From Macrostomum lignano (Eukaryota): a stretch of DNA of 34,526 bases. The DNA is taken from the NCBI GenBank assembly GCA_002269645.1, contig NIVC01000998.1:1-34526 (forward strand), in the 5' to 3' direction. Positions 33,212 to 34,526 of this stretch are shown piece by piece; position 1 is the stretch's first letter, and each line of letters starts with the position of its first letter. Under the pieces are notes generated by a model that was not told the origin of the DNA, made no database searches, and saw nothing but the letters and a program-made list of their open reading frames with translations. The position numbers were made by a program, and so were the translations under genes.

Positions 33212-34526
33212 GGTTTCTAAATAACAGAACGCCAAAGTAATTTGCTTCTGGTAACTTCCAAGTGACAGGCGGAGACGACGATTGGCATTCCCTCATCTCC
33301 CCTCCGCCTCGGGAATGCTGGGACAGCGGCGGGAGACTGCGATGGCGGCAAGGGTAGCTCTAGATGACAGAGCGACACGGGCAACGATGCAGGAGACGCG
33401 GGTCCGCGATGACCGCCCAGCGCCCCACCCAGCTTCCCCCTTCCCCGTGTTTTTTCTTCTCTCCTCTCCACCACAGTCGGGAAATAAGGGGGACCCGGCG
33501 CCGCATTTGTTGCTAATTTCTCACCTTCGTATTGCCGTTTATAATTTGTGGTCCCGTCGCGTCGCGTTGAAACTCGCGCGGTCTAAGCTCTCTCTCTCTC
33601 TCTCTCCTCTCCTTGTCCCTCGCCTCTCCGGATGGGTGGGTGGCGGCGCGATGCGCGCAAACGGACTGCCGCTTCTGCTTAGCAAATTTGTAGTCATGTT
33701 TTACAAACAGCCAAAGCCCTCCCGGCCTGCAGTTGTTGCTTTGCTATGCCAGTCGGTGGTAGCGCCGCTTGCCCACTAGCGGATTATAGTCTTAGCCCTG
33801 TAGACCCGGCTGACAGCGAGATGATCGGCGCTGTATAAGCCTTGTTTGTAGTAATAAGTTTGTAGTAAGTTTGGTCGCATCTATGCAGCTTGAAGATTTA
33901 TAAATCTTAGCTTTGGCACGCTGGGCAGATCGCGACTTGACGCTCGAACGCCTCCTGCGCGCATAAATTTTCGTGTCCGCGAGGTTGCTGCGTTCTATGA
34001 AAAATTCAACACGCGAAGGCGACCACCAGAAAACAACAAGAAGGAAGTCGAGTGATTTTTTGCTAACTTTGTCAGCTTCGCCTTCATGCAGCCTTTTTGC
34101 GTTCGCGTTTTCCTCTAGTAATTGGGTCGTAAAATTACTGAAAGAAGGCGCCCAGTAGACCAGCACGCACTTCATCTGTCATCAGCTGTACCCGCTTATG
34201 GCGGAGTTTGCGTTGCATAATGCTGCAGTTGTTTTTAAATTTGTTTTACTTAAATTGTTGGACAGCAATTACCAATGCAAGCTGTTAATGGACAAGAAGG
34301 CTGTGGGTGACATTCTACCACAAATAGCGCTGAGGCAATTCTGCCGATCCGCTGACTCCTGAGCACATGCGAGCTCGCCAATGCTGTACGCAGGCACAGC
34401 ACTCATGCACACGCTCACACAGGGTGTACAGCAGCCTTGACTTTCTAATCCTGTCAGGCATGTGCACTCTCTGTGCCTTGGGGGTTGGTCCTCACCGCTG
34501 TGAATCGCACGACAACCCCAGGCCAA

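Noticed and set aside
29304-34526. Many 60-165 aa ORFs in the right end
   Set aside because: No recognisable motifs or consistent splice structure apart from the RTE fragment; I could not support any call.

Overview
Eukaryotic (metazoan) genomic DNA, repeat-rich, with GC-rich exons in AT-rich introns. The style resembles the flatworm Macrostomum, but that is an inference only. Left third: a minus-strand nardilysin/insulysin (M16A) metallopeptidase gene. Eight exons can be joined in frame with GT-AG introns (11044 down to 2983), and the gene continues beyond position 1. Its larger introns carry different tandem arrays and tRNA-derived SINEs. The most striking observation is that the 40-bp satellite at 1-3015 is an amplified copy of that gene's own exon end plus 5' splice donor (IRVEGYNDKLF|GTAAGTG), giving about 74 tandem donor copies. 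Middle: a degenerate MULE (9-bp TSD) containing a long-TIR mariner derivative, two foldback elements, a mariner remnant, and a near-intact Chapaev/Transib-type (RAG1-related) transposon with CAC...GTG ends. An intronless, divergent NEDD8 follows. Right third: a 30-bp minisatellite related to the intronic 29-mer, an RTE-type LINE fragment, and sequence I could not assign.
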